DNA of 48,888 bases, from the IMG/VR virus record IMGVR_UViG_3300021476_000274, positions 1 through 48,888 of that record; one strand, written 5' to 3'. The notes under the pieces were generated by a model. That model saw only the letters and a program-made list of their open reading frames with translations. It did not search any database and had not been told where the DNA came from. Origin of the DNA: a virus. Taxonomy: Duplodnaviria > Caudoviricetes. The position numbers were made by a program, and so were the translations under genes. The stretch's first letter is position 1. Each line of letters opens with the position of its first letter. Positions 9,812 through 18,503 of the stretch are shown here, one piece after another.

Positions 9812-9940
9812 TTATCTCCAAAAATGTAGCACAATCAACGTCAGGCAGATCATGACCCAGCCGATATGGGCGACGACATACTTGGCGATTCTGGCGATCC
9901 GGGTCGGCGGAGGCGGTGGCGGATCATAGCGATGGATCAT
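9812..9940 (-). CDS. 42-aa membrane peptide (missing from the ORF track)
   Basis: MIHRYDPPPPPPTRIARIAKYVVAHIGWVMICLTLIVLHFWR fills the intergenic gap. Confidence 0.5.
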   Translation of the reverse strand: MIHRYDPPPPPPTRIARIAKYVVAHIGWVMICLTLIVLHFWR

Positions 9941-9953
9941 AGCGATGGATCAT
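9921..9953. repeat. 13-bp tandem repeat (GGATCATAGCGAT x2.5)
   Basis: Read directly from the sequence. Confidence 0.9.
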
Positions 9954-10270
9954 TGAAACGCCACTTGCTGGACCGTCAGACTCCCGATGACGCCCGCAAC
10001 GGAACACTGCCATTGTACTCCTTTGGACAATGGGATTCCGTTGGGAGCGTCCAGAAAGATGACGCCGCCGCCTTGAGCGCAAAACGTTACGTTGACCGCA
10101 ACGCCGTTGCCGTCGTAAATCGTGATCTCGGCATTTTGTGCCGTGCCGTTGTAGGCGTACAGTTCGACCAGCGTGACGGAGCTGGTCGAGAACAGCAGCG
10201 TTTTGGTCGTCGGGATCGGGGCGGCTCCGCCGTTCGGAAAGTGCAGCAGCCCAGTGTTGACGACCAGCAT
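9950..10270 (-). CDS. Small beta-sandwich protein (paralog 3)
   Basis: LVELYAYN...ITIYDGNG...GIPLSKG; ends in VAFQ. Confidence 0.6.
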   Translation of the reverse strand: MLVVNTGLLHFPNGGAAPIPTTKTLLFSTSSVTLVELYAYNGTAQNAEITIYDGNGVAVNVTFCAQGGGVIFLDAPNGIPLSKGVQWQCSVAGVIGSLTVQQVAFQ

Positions 10271-10274
10271 AGGA

Positions 10275-11000
10275 TTACGTGTGGATAAAGTCGTTCTTGA
10301 AGACTCGCGCTATGTGCTGGGCCAGCGGAAACGGAATCTTGGCGATCATCGCGGATGCGGCTTTGCGGGCAGAACTGCGAGAGGACGCTTTACGGATCAG
10401 ATTGTTCGTGGAATCCTTCCACCAGCCGCCGCCGAACTTGAGACCTTCAGCGCCGCAATCGCGCGTGGTGAATCTCGCTTCTTTTCCCGGATCAGTGCGC
10501 CTCCCGCAATCGCTCGGAACTTTCACTCCGTCCGACTGCGTGCTGGGCATCAGTGCCGGAACATCGCCCCACAGATGGAAGCTCCCGTAGACGAACCGCG
10601 ATCTTCCGACCCACTTCTGAGCACCTGCGACATTCTCCACGATCAAGGGAACGCCAGCCTCATGCGCGATGCGAAAGCATGACCAATAGAGCGATAGTGC
10701 CAGTTTCTTGCGTCGCTCGAACTCTTCCTGCGACCATGGCATCTTGAAGGGCATCGCCATGCGCGAGAAGAACTGGCACGGTGGGGACGCAACGATTATC
10801 GCAGCGCTGCGGAAGTGCTCCCCATGGAGCGTCAGCACATCCTGAAGCACAAGTTGTCCGGGATACCCGCCGCTTCCGTAATCCTGCCGTTCGATATCGA
10901 ACCCGACCACATCATAGCCTTCCGCCAGGAACCCATCCGCCCATCCGCCAAGGCCGCAGTAGAGATCGATGCACAGCGGCGGTTTAGCCATGATGGTCAA
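10275..11000 (-). CDS. C5-cytosine DNA methyltransferase-like protein
   Basis: IDLYCGLGG (motif I), SPPCQ (catalytic Cys) and ENV. Confidence 0.85.
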   Translation of the reverse strand: MTIMAKPPLCIDLYCGLGGWADGFLAEGYDVVGFDIERQDYGSGGYPGQLVLQDVLTLHGEHFRSAAIIVASPPCQFFSRMAMPFKMPWSQEEFERRKKLALSLYWSCFRIAHEAGVPLIVENVAGAQKWVGRSRFVYGSFHLWGDVPALMPSTQSDGVKVPSDCGRRTDPGKEARFTTRDCGAEGLKFGGGWWKDSTNNLIRKASSRSSARKAASAMIAKIPFPLAQHIARVFKNDFIHT

Positions 11001-11758
11001 TGAGTGGCTTGGTAAGTCGTGGCGGCACCGGCGGCAAAGCCCGCGAGCGGCGGCGCGACCTGCAAAAAGATGCGCAACGGCAAGGGCAACGGTTTAGACG
11101 CAGCCGCGAAGTTGCGCATGACGTTGGTGGTTTGCTCAGCCGCTTGTGCGCTCGCAGCAGTGGCGTGATCGGAATTTTCGACCACCTTATCGACACCCAT
11201 GAGGATTTGGGGCATGGCGTCCCGGACGGTCCGCATCGTCTGGGCCGTTTCGCCTGCCGTGACTTTCGCGGCCCCCAAGGTACCGAGGAGTTCGGCGGGC
11301 AGGGCGTTGCGCTGCATCAATAGGTTCAGCCCCGCGATCGCGGGCGCGATGTCTTGTCGGACTTTCGCAACTTCCTGGACGCTCAGGTCGATGGCGGAGG
11401 CCGCTTGGCCGATTTGGACGCCTGCATCCCCAAGTTGCCGGGCCAGTTGCCCAAGATCCCGTTGCGCTGAGGCTACCGTTTCGTTGGTTTGGGTCATTTG
11501 CCGGTCGAAATCGGCTTGGGCTTGCGATATGGTCGTGAGGGCTTGATCCAGGCGCGCCATGGCGTCCCGGCGAGTCTGGACGGCTTCGGCTGTAACTTGA
11601 TCGGCCGACCGCTCCAGCAACGCTGAAACGCCCGTTAGCTCGATCGGGACTTGGGTGAGGATTTGGTCGGCGTGATGGACCAGGATCGTGAGATACAGGA
11701 CCAAGGCTGCTGAGGCAGCAAGCAAAAGGCACAACAGGGCATTGCGCAAGCGGCTCAT
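10997..11758 (-). CDS. Membrane-anchored coiled-coil protein (possibly lysis-associated)
   Basis: N-terminal TM segment and a long Ala/Gln heptad region, adjacent to the muramidase gene. Confidence 0.6.
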   Translation of the reverse strand: MSRLRNALLCLLLAASAALVLYLTILVHHADQILTQVPIELTGVSALLERSADQVTAEAVQTRRDAMARLDQALTTISQAQADFDRQMTQTNETVASAQRDLGQLARQLGDAGVQIGQAASAIDLSVQEVAKVRQDIAPAIAGLNLLMQRNALPAELLGTLGAAKVTAGETAQTMRTVRDAMPQILMGVDKVVENSDHATAASAQAAEQTTNVMRNFAAASKPLPLPLRIFLQVAPPLAGFAAGAATTYQATH

Positions 11759-12306
11759 ACGAATAGCGGCTCCATGGCGGCGACCTGCTGCATGATGAGG
11801 TTGGCATACGCGTCTGGATCGCTAGTGCTGTAGACTTTCGCCGTCGCGAGCACCAGTTTTTCCAGGTCATGGTCTTGCGCGTACTGGTCGCCGAAAGGTT
11901 TGTAGAGAGGGGTTTGGGCTAAATGCACCCGAAGTGCAAAGGCCGACGCTAGATCGGGGAACGTGGCGAACCAGTCGTGTACGTCCCACAGCGTGAAGGT
12001 CGTGCCATCGGTCAAGCGGCTTTGCGTAGGCAGATGGGCGGAAGCGGTTCGGGCTGGATCGAGCGTTAGAAATGTGCCGAGTTGCGGAAGGCTGAACCAC
12101 TCGGTAGTCCTGAGGAGTTGCTTCCCTGAGCATCCTGGATAGGCTTTGATGCCGAAGGGATTGTTGCCGGGGGCGAATTCGAGACACCCCGATTCGAGGA
12201 CACATTGGGCCGCAAGAAACCGCGCCGGGCACTCAGGGGTTTCGGCTTGCTTGGCCGCTTGGACGATGAGGACCAAGTTAGCGTTGCGCTGGGATTCGGT
12301 CAGCAT
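11755..12306 (-). CDS. Glucosaminidase/FlgJ-like muramidase (probable endolysin)
   Basis: AAQCVLESG, NNPFGIKA, TTEW and YSTS-DPDAY fit a GH73-like pattern. Confidence 0.8.
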   Translation of the reverse strand: MLTESQRNANLVLIVQAAKQAETPECPARFLAAQCVLESGCLEFAPGNNPFGIKAYPGCSGKQLLRTTEWFSLPQLGTFLTLDPARTASAHLPTQSRLTDGTTFTLWDVHDWFATFPDLASAFALRVHLAQTPLYKPFGDQYAQDHDLEKLVLATAKVYSTSDPDAYANLIMQQVAAMEPLFV

Positions 12307-12312
12307 GTTGGT

Positions 12313-12368
12313 TTGGCGACCAGTAGATTAGTTTTCTCACCCGGCTGCTTTCTGGTCGTCCCCCGTGG
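12313..12368 (-). repeat. Dispersed ~60-bp element, copy 2
   Basis: TTGGCGACC-N32-GGTCGTCCCCCGTGG. Confidence 0.9.
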
Positions 12369-12413
12369 CTTGAGCGCCTTGGAATGAATCGAGAGCCACA
12401 TTTGATGCATCCG

Positions 12414-12590
12414 CTACCACGACAAGATCTTGTTTTTGTAACTGCGGAACTTCGCAAGCTTTTGTCGTGTTTTCAGGAGATTCGTTATTTCCACGACAAC
12501 ACGATGCTGCGTGATCCTGTGCACAACACCTTCGGGTGTCCATCCACCGGGATAATGACGGTGATAACGTACTCGATCACCAACTTTCAA
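12414..12590 (-). CDS. 58-aa KOW/SH3-like protein (missing from the ORF track)
   Basis: TTG start; MKVGDRVRYHRHYPGGWTPEGVVHRITQHRVVVEI... Confidence 0.55.
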   Translation of the reverse strand: MKVGDRVRYHRHYPGGWTPEGVVHRITQHRVVVEITNLLKTRQKLAKFRSYKNKILSW

Positions 12591-12595
12591 GTCCC

Positions 12596-12943
12596 TTACC
12601 CCGCCTTCGCCGCCGTCACGGCAATCTGGACCGCGGTATTGACCAAGTTGACGGCCGCGGGTGTATGGAGGTTTTTGTTCACCACTTCGGTCGCGAGATT
12701 CAGGAGCGCGTTGCCGGTGCTGGTGGGGTCCGAAGAGATTTGGCCCGCGACCGACACCGCGTATTTGGTGTAGGCGGCTTCGATTTCAGCAACCGTTCGG
12801 TTGGGCGTCAGGGCCGCGATGTCGGCCACGATGGGTTCGGCGACCTGGACGATTTCGGCCACGGTGTTGAAGGCCGCTTCGACCTTGGGATTGGTGAACC
12901 AGGATTCTACTTTTTTGAGGAACGTGCTGATGGGGTTGGACAT
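12596..12943 (-). CDS. Hypothetical helical protein near lysis genes
   Basis: Amphipathic, Ala-rich, 115 aa. Confidence 0.65.
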   Translation of the reverse strand: MSNPISTFLKKVESWFTNPKVEAAFNTVAEIVQVAEPIVADIAALTPNRTVAEIEAAYTKYAVSVAGQISSDPTSTGNALLNLATEVVNKNLHTPAAVNLVNTAVQIAVTAAKAG

Positions 12944-12960
12944 GGGATTAGTCTATCACG

Positions 12961-13025
12961 ATGCTTTTATGTTGGCGACCCGAACCCTGGTTTTCACCCG
13001 GCTTGTTTCTGGTCGTCCCCCGTGG
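12961..13025 (-). repeat. Dispersed ~60-bp element, copy 3
   Basis: ATGCTTTTATGTTGGCGACC-N30-GGTCGTCCCCCGTGG. Confidence 0.95.
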
Positions 13026-13061
13026 CCGTGTGCTTCGCGTGGACTTTGGAGCCTATCGTTA

Positions 13062-13862
13062 TCATCGTTTTCTGTTGACGCCCCCACGATCCACACGCAA
13101 TCTTTTGTCGCGTTGGACGCCCTTGGTTGGGTCACTCCAGGATCTCCCGGAGCGTTCACCCCAATTCCGCCGGTTGGCGAACAATTGGTCATCAAGTGCG
13201 AAACTTCCATCTACGACGGATTCCTCGAAGGACGGTTGATGTTCGGAACTCTTGGACTGGGTGGCGATGACTTCCCTCAGGGGCGTCTCTGGCAAGAGCC
13301 TCAATTTGGTCTGATGCATCCTGAGGCAGTCTTCGCACGTTGGCTTGAGGTCAAATCCCACCGTAAGGCTTTGGATCACTTTCTCGCCGCACATCGTGTA
13401 GATCATGGAACGCCGGAGTTCCGTGAAGGTGTTATAGATCGGATCGGAGTAGTGGGTGAGGCGGCCTTCCGCGATGGCTTCCTGTTTAATGACCGCCAAG
13501 CTGGCTTTGTAGGAGTATCCTTGTCTCAGGAATAGGTTTAGGCGGGTATGATTCCATTCGTTGACGGAACTGGCGGCAACCATAGGAATTGTTGATCTGA
13601 AGTGGCTACCAGATGTTCTCTTCGTTCTGGCCACTCTTCGGGGCAAGCAGAGCAGTACGTCGGCATCTTGATGCTCAATCGAAAACTCGGCCCCGCCAAT
13701 TATGAAATGGCTCCAGCACACAGTCCGTTGCTCTACCGTACCGTTCCAGCGATCCCATACGACAATCCCGAAACCCGGATAGGGACACGCGCGCGTTTGG
13801 CATCTTCCAAATGTCCCCAGTGTTTCGTATTCAAGGTAAACACCGTAATGATTCATTTCCAT
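13062..13862 (-). CDS. Hypothetical protein (Cys/His-containing)
   Basis: 266-aa ORF overlapping the upstream HTH gene. Confidence 0.55.
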   Translation of the reverse strand: MEMNHYGVYLEYETLGTFGRCQTRACPYPGFGIVVWDRWNGTVEQRTVCWSHFIIGGAEFSIEHQDADVLLCLPRRVARTKRTSGSHFRSTIPMVAASSVNEWNHTRLNLFLRQGYSYKASLAVIKQEAIAEGRLTHYSDPIYNTFTELRRSMIYTMCGEKVIQSLTVGFDLKPTCEDCLRMHQTKLRLLPETPLREVIATQSKSSEHQPSFEESVVDGSFALDDQLFANRRNWGERSGRSWSDPTKGVQRDKRLRVDRGGVNRKR

Positions 13863-14041
13863 CTGTTCCGCTTGAAGGTCGCGCCCCGCTTGCGATACCC
13901 TTCCATGCCGCCATGAGCGAGCCGAAACAGATTTGCCGTCACTTTACTGACTCCCGCTAGCTTGCCAGCGGCCCGAATGGTCTTGCCTTCAAGAAAAGCG
14001 GCGTGTAGAATCCGTTTCTTTTCTTCCGAGATAACGTTCAT
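13853..14041 (-). CDS. Small HTH protein
   Basis: EGKTIRAAGKLAGVSKVTA fits an HTH pattern. Confidence 0.7.
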   Translation of the reverse strand: MNVISEEKKRILHAAFLEGKTIRAAGKLAGVSKVTANLFRLAHGGMEGYRKRGATFKRNRWK

Positions 14042-14799
14042 GCAGATCTGGTTTTATTGCTGATGGTGTCGATCAACCTGAAATCATCGGTACCCGGCAC
14101 CACACCATCGAGCGAAATTGGTCCATATTTGTCGGGGAACATCCGCCAAAACTGGCCGAGGTACTTTTTGAGATCGCCCTTCAGGTTTTCCATCGTGACC
14201 TCTCCCGACAGAATCGCGACGATCATGTCTTGACAAACGTCGGACCGAACTGCATTGGGCAGACCCTTCGGTACAATGGCGTCCACCGCCATCAGCATCT
14301 CGTGTTCGGCGGTTGGGACTCCGGAGATGTAGGGGTACAGTTCAGGAACCTGTGGGCGCTGTGGCCGCAAGTGGCCCGGCATGATGCGCCAATCGCGGGA
14401 AGATCGGACCCGAAGGCTGTACTCAGGAATCGGTTGTAAGTGAAAATACGTGGCCCCTTGACTGCTGGCCAGATATCGGGCGTATTCCCACAGGCCCGGA
14501 ACCAGGTCGGCGACCTGCTTGCTGGCAATAATCCTGGACACGATGGAATTAAAGGTCAGGTTTTGTGGATTAGTATGGAGGCCGCACATGTGCCGGTAGT
14601 CTTCGGTTTTGGCGAGCTTGACGCCCTCGGTAACGCTCTGGACATCGGCATCCATCAGGGTCACGACAAGATTCCACAATGAACGGATACGACCTTCGGA
14701 TTGCGATCCCATGAATAGCAACAGGGGCCGCAGTAAATGCCGCTGGTCCAGTTCCGACGATTCGATCACCCGTGTTTTGACTGATTCGAGATGGATCAT
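14038..14799 (-). CDS. Hypothetical protein with a sigma-factor-like C-terminus
   Basis: Ends in PISLDGVVPGTDDFRLIDTI, similar to the sigma70 region 3.2 linker. Confidence 0.6.
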   Translation of the reverse strand: MIHLESVKTRVIESSELDQRHLLRPLLLFMGSQSEGRIRSLWNLVVTLMDADVQSVTEGVKLAKTEDYRHMCGLHTNPQNLTFNSIVSRIIASKQVADLVPGLWEYARYLASSQGATYFHLQPIPEYSLRVRSSRDWRIMPGHLRPQRPQVPELYPYISGVPTAEHEMLMAVDAIVPKGLPNAVRSDVCQDMIVAILSGEVTMENLKGDLKKYLGQFWRMFPDKYGPISLDGVVPGTDDFRLIDTISNKTRSA

Positions 14800-14987
14800 T
14801 ATTTCTTGGGGGCCTCTTTCGGCGGGAGGGGCCGGACGCAGTTAAGATGTTTGTCAAACTGGAGCATGTATTCGATGCAGGCTTTGAATCTGTCGCCTTC
14901 CTTGGTCGGGTCTAGACCGGCTTCCTTGGTGATCTCGGTTGCGCGGTCGTACAGATTAAATACTGTGCTCTCGCCTTTTTTACCCAT
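14799..14987 (-). CDS. Hypothetical protein
   Basis: AAGGGGG RBS; TAATG-coupled to the next gene. Confidence 0.6.
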   Translation of the reverse strand: MGKKGESTVFNLYDRATEITKEAGLDPTKEGDRFKACIEYMLQFDKHLNCVRPLPPKEAPKK

Positions 14988-15017
14988 TGTTCCCCCTTAT
15001 GTTAACGGTCTTTTTAG

Positions 15018-15072
15018 GTTGGCGACCCGAACCCCGGTTTTCACCCGGCGGCTTTCTGGTCGTCCCCCGTGG
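15018..15072 (-). repeat. Dispersed ~60-bp element, copy 4
   Basis: GTTGGCGACC-N30-GGTCGTCCCCCGTGG. Confidence 0.95.
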
Positions 15073-15331
15073 TCAAGATCTCCGACGGTCGTGTGGAGTC
15101 CTTAACCCGCTTCCTCGGGATCCTGGTGCCCGCCGGAACCTCCGGGAACCGGGGATGCTCCAGACGGAGCGAAAGCGTCCAGCGCTGCTGGGCTACCGTT
15201 TCGGATGGCTGCTGCGAGCCTTCGGTCCAGAGTGCCGTGATCTTGGTATCGGGAGGCAGGCGAAATTTTTGGTTTCCCGTCAAGTAGCCCAATAGCTCGC
15301 TGGCCGGGATCATGAGGATGATGGCGTTCAC
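15041..15331 (-). CDS. Hypothetical protein ending inside repeat copy 4
   Basis: The C-terminal TGDDQKAAG* is encoded by the repeat. Confidence 0.6.
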   Translation of the reverse strand: MNAIILMIPASELLGYLTGNQKFRLPPDTKITALWTEGSQQPSETVAQQRWTLSLRLEHPRFPEVPAGTRIPRKRVKDSTRPSEILTTGDDQKAAG

Positions 15332-15334
15332 GAG

Positions 15335-15706
15335 TTATGCCCCGGTTTTGACGGCAGCCTTTAATCTGCTGTTCAGGCGTTCAAGTACGATTTGGTCCAC
15401 CAGATCCCGAATCCGCTTTCGCTGCTTCTTATTCCCGATGCGTATGTGGCCAAAGGTCAAATCCGCATAGGGGCGATTGGCTATCCAAAGACGAAAATCT
15501 CCATGATAGTAGGCATTGTGCTCATCCATGATCCAACCGTCAGGATCTTGAACGAGTGCATTGATCACGTAATCTGCAAACTCTTCACCTTTCGTGCTGG
15601 CGTTCCATCCGCCGCGCCACGACAGATATCTTGGAGCAAATGTTGCGAACAAAACAACACCACCGACCATCAGCACGATGAACAACAGCATCGAATCCAT
15701 ACGCAT
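15335..15706 (-). CDS. Hypothetical membrane protein
   Basis: GGGGAG RBS before MRMDSMLLFIVL. The longer ORF-track call joins unrelated segments. Confidence 0.65.
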   Translation of the reverse strand: MRMDSMLLFIVLMVGGVVLFATFAPRYLSWRGGWNASTKGEEFADYVINALVQDPDGWIMDEHNAYYHGDFRLWIANRPYADLTFGHIRIGNKKQRKRIRDLVDQIVLERLNSRLKAAVKTGA

Positions 15707-15714
15707 TCTCCCCT

Positions 15715-16000
15715 TTACGGACCGACGACCGCAGCCCTGAAATCGAGCGCTTGCTCGCTCGATCCGAACGAACCGATGTACTTGAGCCGTCCGTCTTGCG
15801 GTATCCTGACCTCCCAGCGTTTCCTCAAGCGGCTGAACGTCACGCCGACGACTCCGCTCTTGGGTATTGTGGGCGTCGCGAATTTGGCGTCTTCCATGCG
15901 ATTGCGATAGCGGCACCTTGGGCTTACACCACTTGGCATCGCGACGGCCCGCCAGAAACGTTCGAGGGCAGCCCGCGCACTGGACTCTAGTGACCGGCAC
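15715..16000 (-). pseudogene. Zn-finger + AP2-domain protein with a +1 frameshift
   Basis: CAGC...AKWC continues as SPRC...SGVVGVTF...KRWEVRI...YIGSF only if one extra A near 15924 is skipped. Confidence 0.7.
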
Positions 16001-16268
16001 GTTTCGTTCCTTCCGTTTCGAGTTGAGCGATTCGGCGGCGGAGGTACCAGACTGCTTTTTCAAGGTCTTCGATCTGGTGGCCTTTCTTCGCAGAACGCGC
16101 GATGTATTTGACGGAATTCCACAGCAACGCATCCGCCTCAAGGCCCCAGGCTTCTAGGCACTTCACGACTTCATGGGGAACGTCTCCACCGTAGTGCGCA
16201 GGATGGTCTACGTTCCCATCGTTCAGAATCGTTGCCTTAACAATGATTGGATTGCGTTGTTTGCTCAT
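15987..16268 (-). CDS. DUF3310-family phage protein
   Basis: VDHPAHY...NSVKYIARSAKKG...EDLEKAVWYL. Confidence 0.85.
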   Translation of the reverse strand: MSKQRNPIIVKATILNDGNVDHPAHYGGDVPHEVVKCLEAWGLEADALLWNSVKYIARSAKKGHQIEDLEKAVWYLRRRIAQLETEGTKRAGH

Positions 16269-16639
16269 GCCGCCTCCCCGTACCGTCGGTTCAATTCGGC
16301 AATCAGCGCATCTTTGTCGATACCGTGATGCTCCCAGAAGTGCTTGCCGAGCCGATGGATTGAATGGGGTCCCAGCCGGTGATGTTCCCGGCAAAGCGGT
16401 ATAGTTTCCCGGTCGCTCGATTTTTGGCCCAGTCCCCGGACGCCGACGTGCGCGGCTTCCGTTCGTGACGATTGATAAACGTACGGCAAACCCATAGCGT
16501 GGAACTTTTCAACCATTTGGACGTTGCGGCTCCAGCAGACCGTGCAGGGCAGCGACCGGATATAAAGAAGGTACTGCCGATCAATCACGCGGCCCCGGCG
16601 GGCGCGGGTGCGGCGCGGTATCGTCATGATCCAGGTCAT
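16265..16639 (-). CDS. HNH-like / DUF968-type nuclease
   Basis: YLLYIRSLPCTVC...EAAH...GLGQK...IPLCREHH. Confidence 0.75.
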   Translation of the reverse strand: MTWIMTIPRRTRARRGRVIDRQYLLYIRSLPCTVCWSRNVQMVEKFHAMGLPYVYQSSRTEAAHVGVRGLGQKSSDRETIPLCREHHRLGPHSIHRLGKHFWEHHGIDKDALIAELNRRYGEAA

Positions 16640-16744
16640 CGGTGAATCGATCTCCAGACCACGTAGACGGTAGCGATCAAGAGATTGAAGACCAGCAGGA
16701 TAATGAAAACTACCAAAGGATCTCTCGTGCTGGCGATTTGTAGC

Positions 16745-17071
16745 TCATTGCCCCCTTTCCACAGGTGCCATCGTGATGAACGCCGAACTGCGTCGCGTGT
16801 TCGCAACCGTCAGATTCCACCAACTCGATTGGTTCCACATGAAGCATTGCGGGATGTACCAATCTTCATTCCAGTACAACGTAATGGCATCGTGCTCTGG
16901 CATCACGAAGGTCGTGCTTCTGCGCCCATCACACTTGGTGGCATGGACCCGAATGGTTGTGCTGGGTTCGGGTGCATTGCGGCCACTGTCATACAGCCAC
17001 AGCGATATAAGCCCACCGCCCACAACCACCACCACAGAAACGAACAGCCAGTCCTTCACTTTGTCGCTCAT
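16745..17071 (-). CDS. Hypothetical membrane protein
   Basis: N-terminal TM segment; ATGA overlap. Confidence 0.6.
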   Translation of the reverse strand: MSDKVKDWLFVSVVVVVGGGLISLWLYDSGRNAPEPSTTIRVHATKCDGRRSTTFVMPEHDAITLYWNEDWYIPQCFMWNQSSWWNLTVANTRRSSAFITMAPVERGQ

Positions 17072-17595
17072 CTCCTGACCTCCGTTATCAACAGCGTGGC
17101 CGAAATAGCCCGGAGATCTTCGAAGCTGGGCGTCACCATCAGGCCCTTCTGCCGCGCGAATTCCACAGCCTCCAGCGAGATTTCAACAGCATTTCGATAA
17201 CATCTGTTCAGGATATCGGATGCCGCTTCCCCTTGGCCGTTTACCGGGGTAGAATGAGGCTGCCTGACTTCCTTGTGGGCGGATTCTGGTTCAGCCTGGG
17301 GTCCGCCCCCTTTTTCAACGCTCCAGTCGCCTGGGCCGCGCTTCAGGATCGTGAACGGTTCGCCGGGCTTCAGTTTCAATTCGTCGATCATGTGGCCCAC
17401 CTGTAAAGGTAAATACATGGACCGTCCGTCTGTCAAGCTATAGTACGCTTGGTCCTCCCAATTTGGGATACGCGACTGAACACGTTTTCCACGGGGATAC
17501 TTGAGCGCGATGGTCACGGGAATGCCGTTAGAAAGAGTGAGTTTGGGATATCGCTGTAAGGCGTTCATTGGTACCATTGGTACTTTTTCCTCCAT
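17068..17595 (-). CDS. Hypothetical phage protein
   Basis: Intact 175-aa ORF in the operon. Confidence 0.7.
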   Translation of the reverse strand: MEEKVPMVPMNALQRYPKLTLSNGIPVTIALKYPRGKRVQSRIPNWEDQAYYSLTDGRSMYLPLQVGHMIDELKLKPGEPFTILKRGPGDWSVEKGGGPQAEPESAHKEVRQPHSTPVNGQGEAASDILNRCYRNAVEISLEAVEFARQKGLMVTPSFEDLRAISATLLITEVRR

Positions 17596-18269
17596 CGAAT
17601 CTGTGCTGCATGGCGTGCTTTCCCGCTTCGTTCTTCGGGGGACATTTGTGCATATCGTTTTCTTGCGGCGGCGCTGCGATTCACTGATTGATTAGCATGG
17701 GCTAATCGCGCTATTGCCCGGCGCTCTTCGGGCGAACGGCTGGCGTTCATTCGATGCGCCCAGGTGCTTCGCTCTTCCGGGGGGCGCGCCATCATGCGAA
17801 GTCTGGCATTTTCGGCTATTCTGAAACGTACTTCTGGAGTTTTAGCAGCTTCTCGCTTCCTGGCAGTGTCGCTTCGTTCTTTTGCTGGCCTGCGCGCATT
17901 GGCAGCTTTCATCATTTCGCTGCGTTGTTCGTGAGTTCCCCAACCTACCACGCCATCGCCTCCATCCGTACTGTTTACCAAATGGCCACTGGAACGATAT
18001 AAAGCAATCCACCGTTTTTCCACTTCGCCCCACTGTGGCCCAACGCCTGATTCGATTATTTCGATCATTGGACGAAGCCCATTAGACAATAACGACGCTA
18101 TCCATTTCGTCCGATGATTTCGGTTTGGGATTCTGCGTGCTTCCGAAAGATGTAGCGACAAGCGCCGCTCAACCAACTGACATGTAAAACCCACATACCG
18201 GACTTTCATATTTCTAGGGTCTTTAAGTACGTAGATTACCCACGGTTCAGCGTCGCCGAAAGTTTTCAT
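17565..18269 (-). CDS. GIY-YIG homing-endonuclease-like protein with basic C-terminal repeats
   Basis: VIYVLKDPR...YVGFT...RRLSLH...E...LVNSTDGGDG, followed by repeated (S/T)PEER units. Confidence 0.85.
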   Translation of the reverse strand: MKTFGDAEPWVIYVLKDPRNMKVRYVGFTCQLVERRLSLHLSEARRIPNRNHRTKWIASLLSNGLRPMIEIIESGVGPQWGEVEKRWIALYRSSGHLVNSTDGGDGVVGWGTHEQRSEMMKAANARRPAKERSDTARKREAAKTPEVRFRIAENARLRMMARPPEERSTWAHRMNASRSPEERRAIARLAHANQSVNRSAAARKRYAQMSPEERSGKARHAAQIRWRKKYQWYQ

Positions 18270-18427
18270 AGATGGTCCTGGACCGGCCCAGCGGCTTCCT
18301 GGTCCAGATAATCGAGATACGCTTCTTCGAGATCCGCGTCCGTAAGGTCCCGCTCCGGCTCATCGTCCAGCTCGAGCAGCCGGTCCAACGCCGATTCCGT
18401 CAGGCCATCCGGCAGATTGAAGCTCAT
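18266..18427 (-). CDS. Small acidic protein
   Basis: MSFNLPDGLTESALDRLLELDDEPERDLTDADLEEAYLDYLDQE... Confidence 0.6.
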   Translation of the reverse strand: MSFNLPDGLTESALDRLLELDDEPERDLTDADLEEAYLDYLDQEAAGPVQDHL

Positions 18428-18503
18428 CGCCGCCACCACCACAAGCACAGCTCGGGTATCAGGACCCCCAGGGCCGTGCCGATCATCAATCCAATCCAGA
18501 AAG

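Noticed and set aside
12961-13025. GGGGACGACC as a guanidine-II (mini-ykkC) riboswitch hairpin
   Set aside because: Only a 2-bp stem closes the ACGA loop, there is no second ACGR hairpin, and CGACC pairs better with the distal GGTCG.
15335-16141. The 268-aa ORF as one gene
   Set aside because: It strings together an overlap with the DUF3310 gene, a frameshifted gene start and a separate gene with its own RBS.
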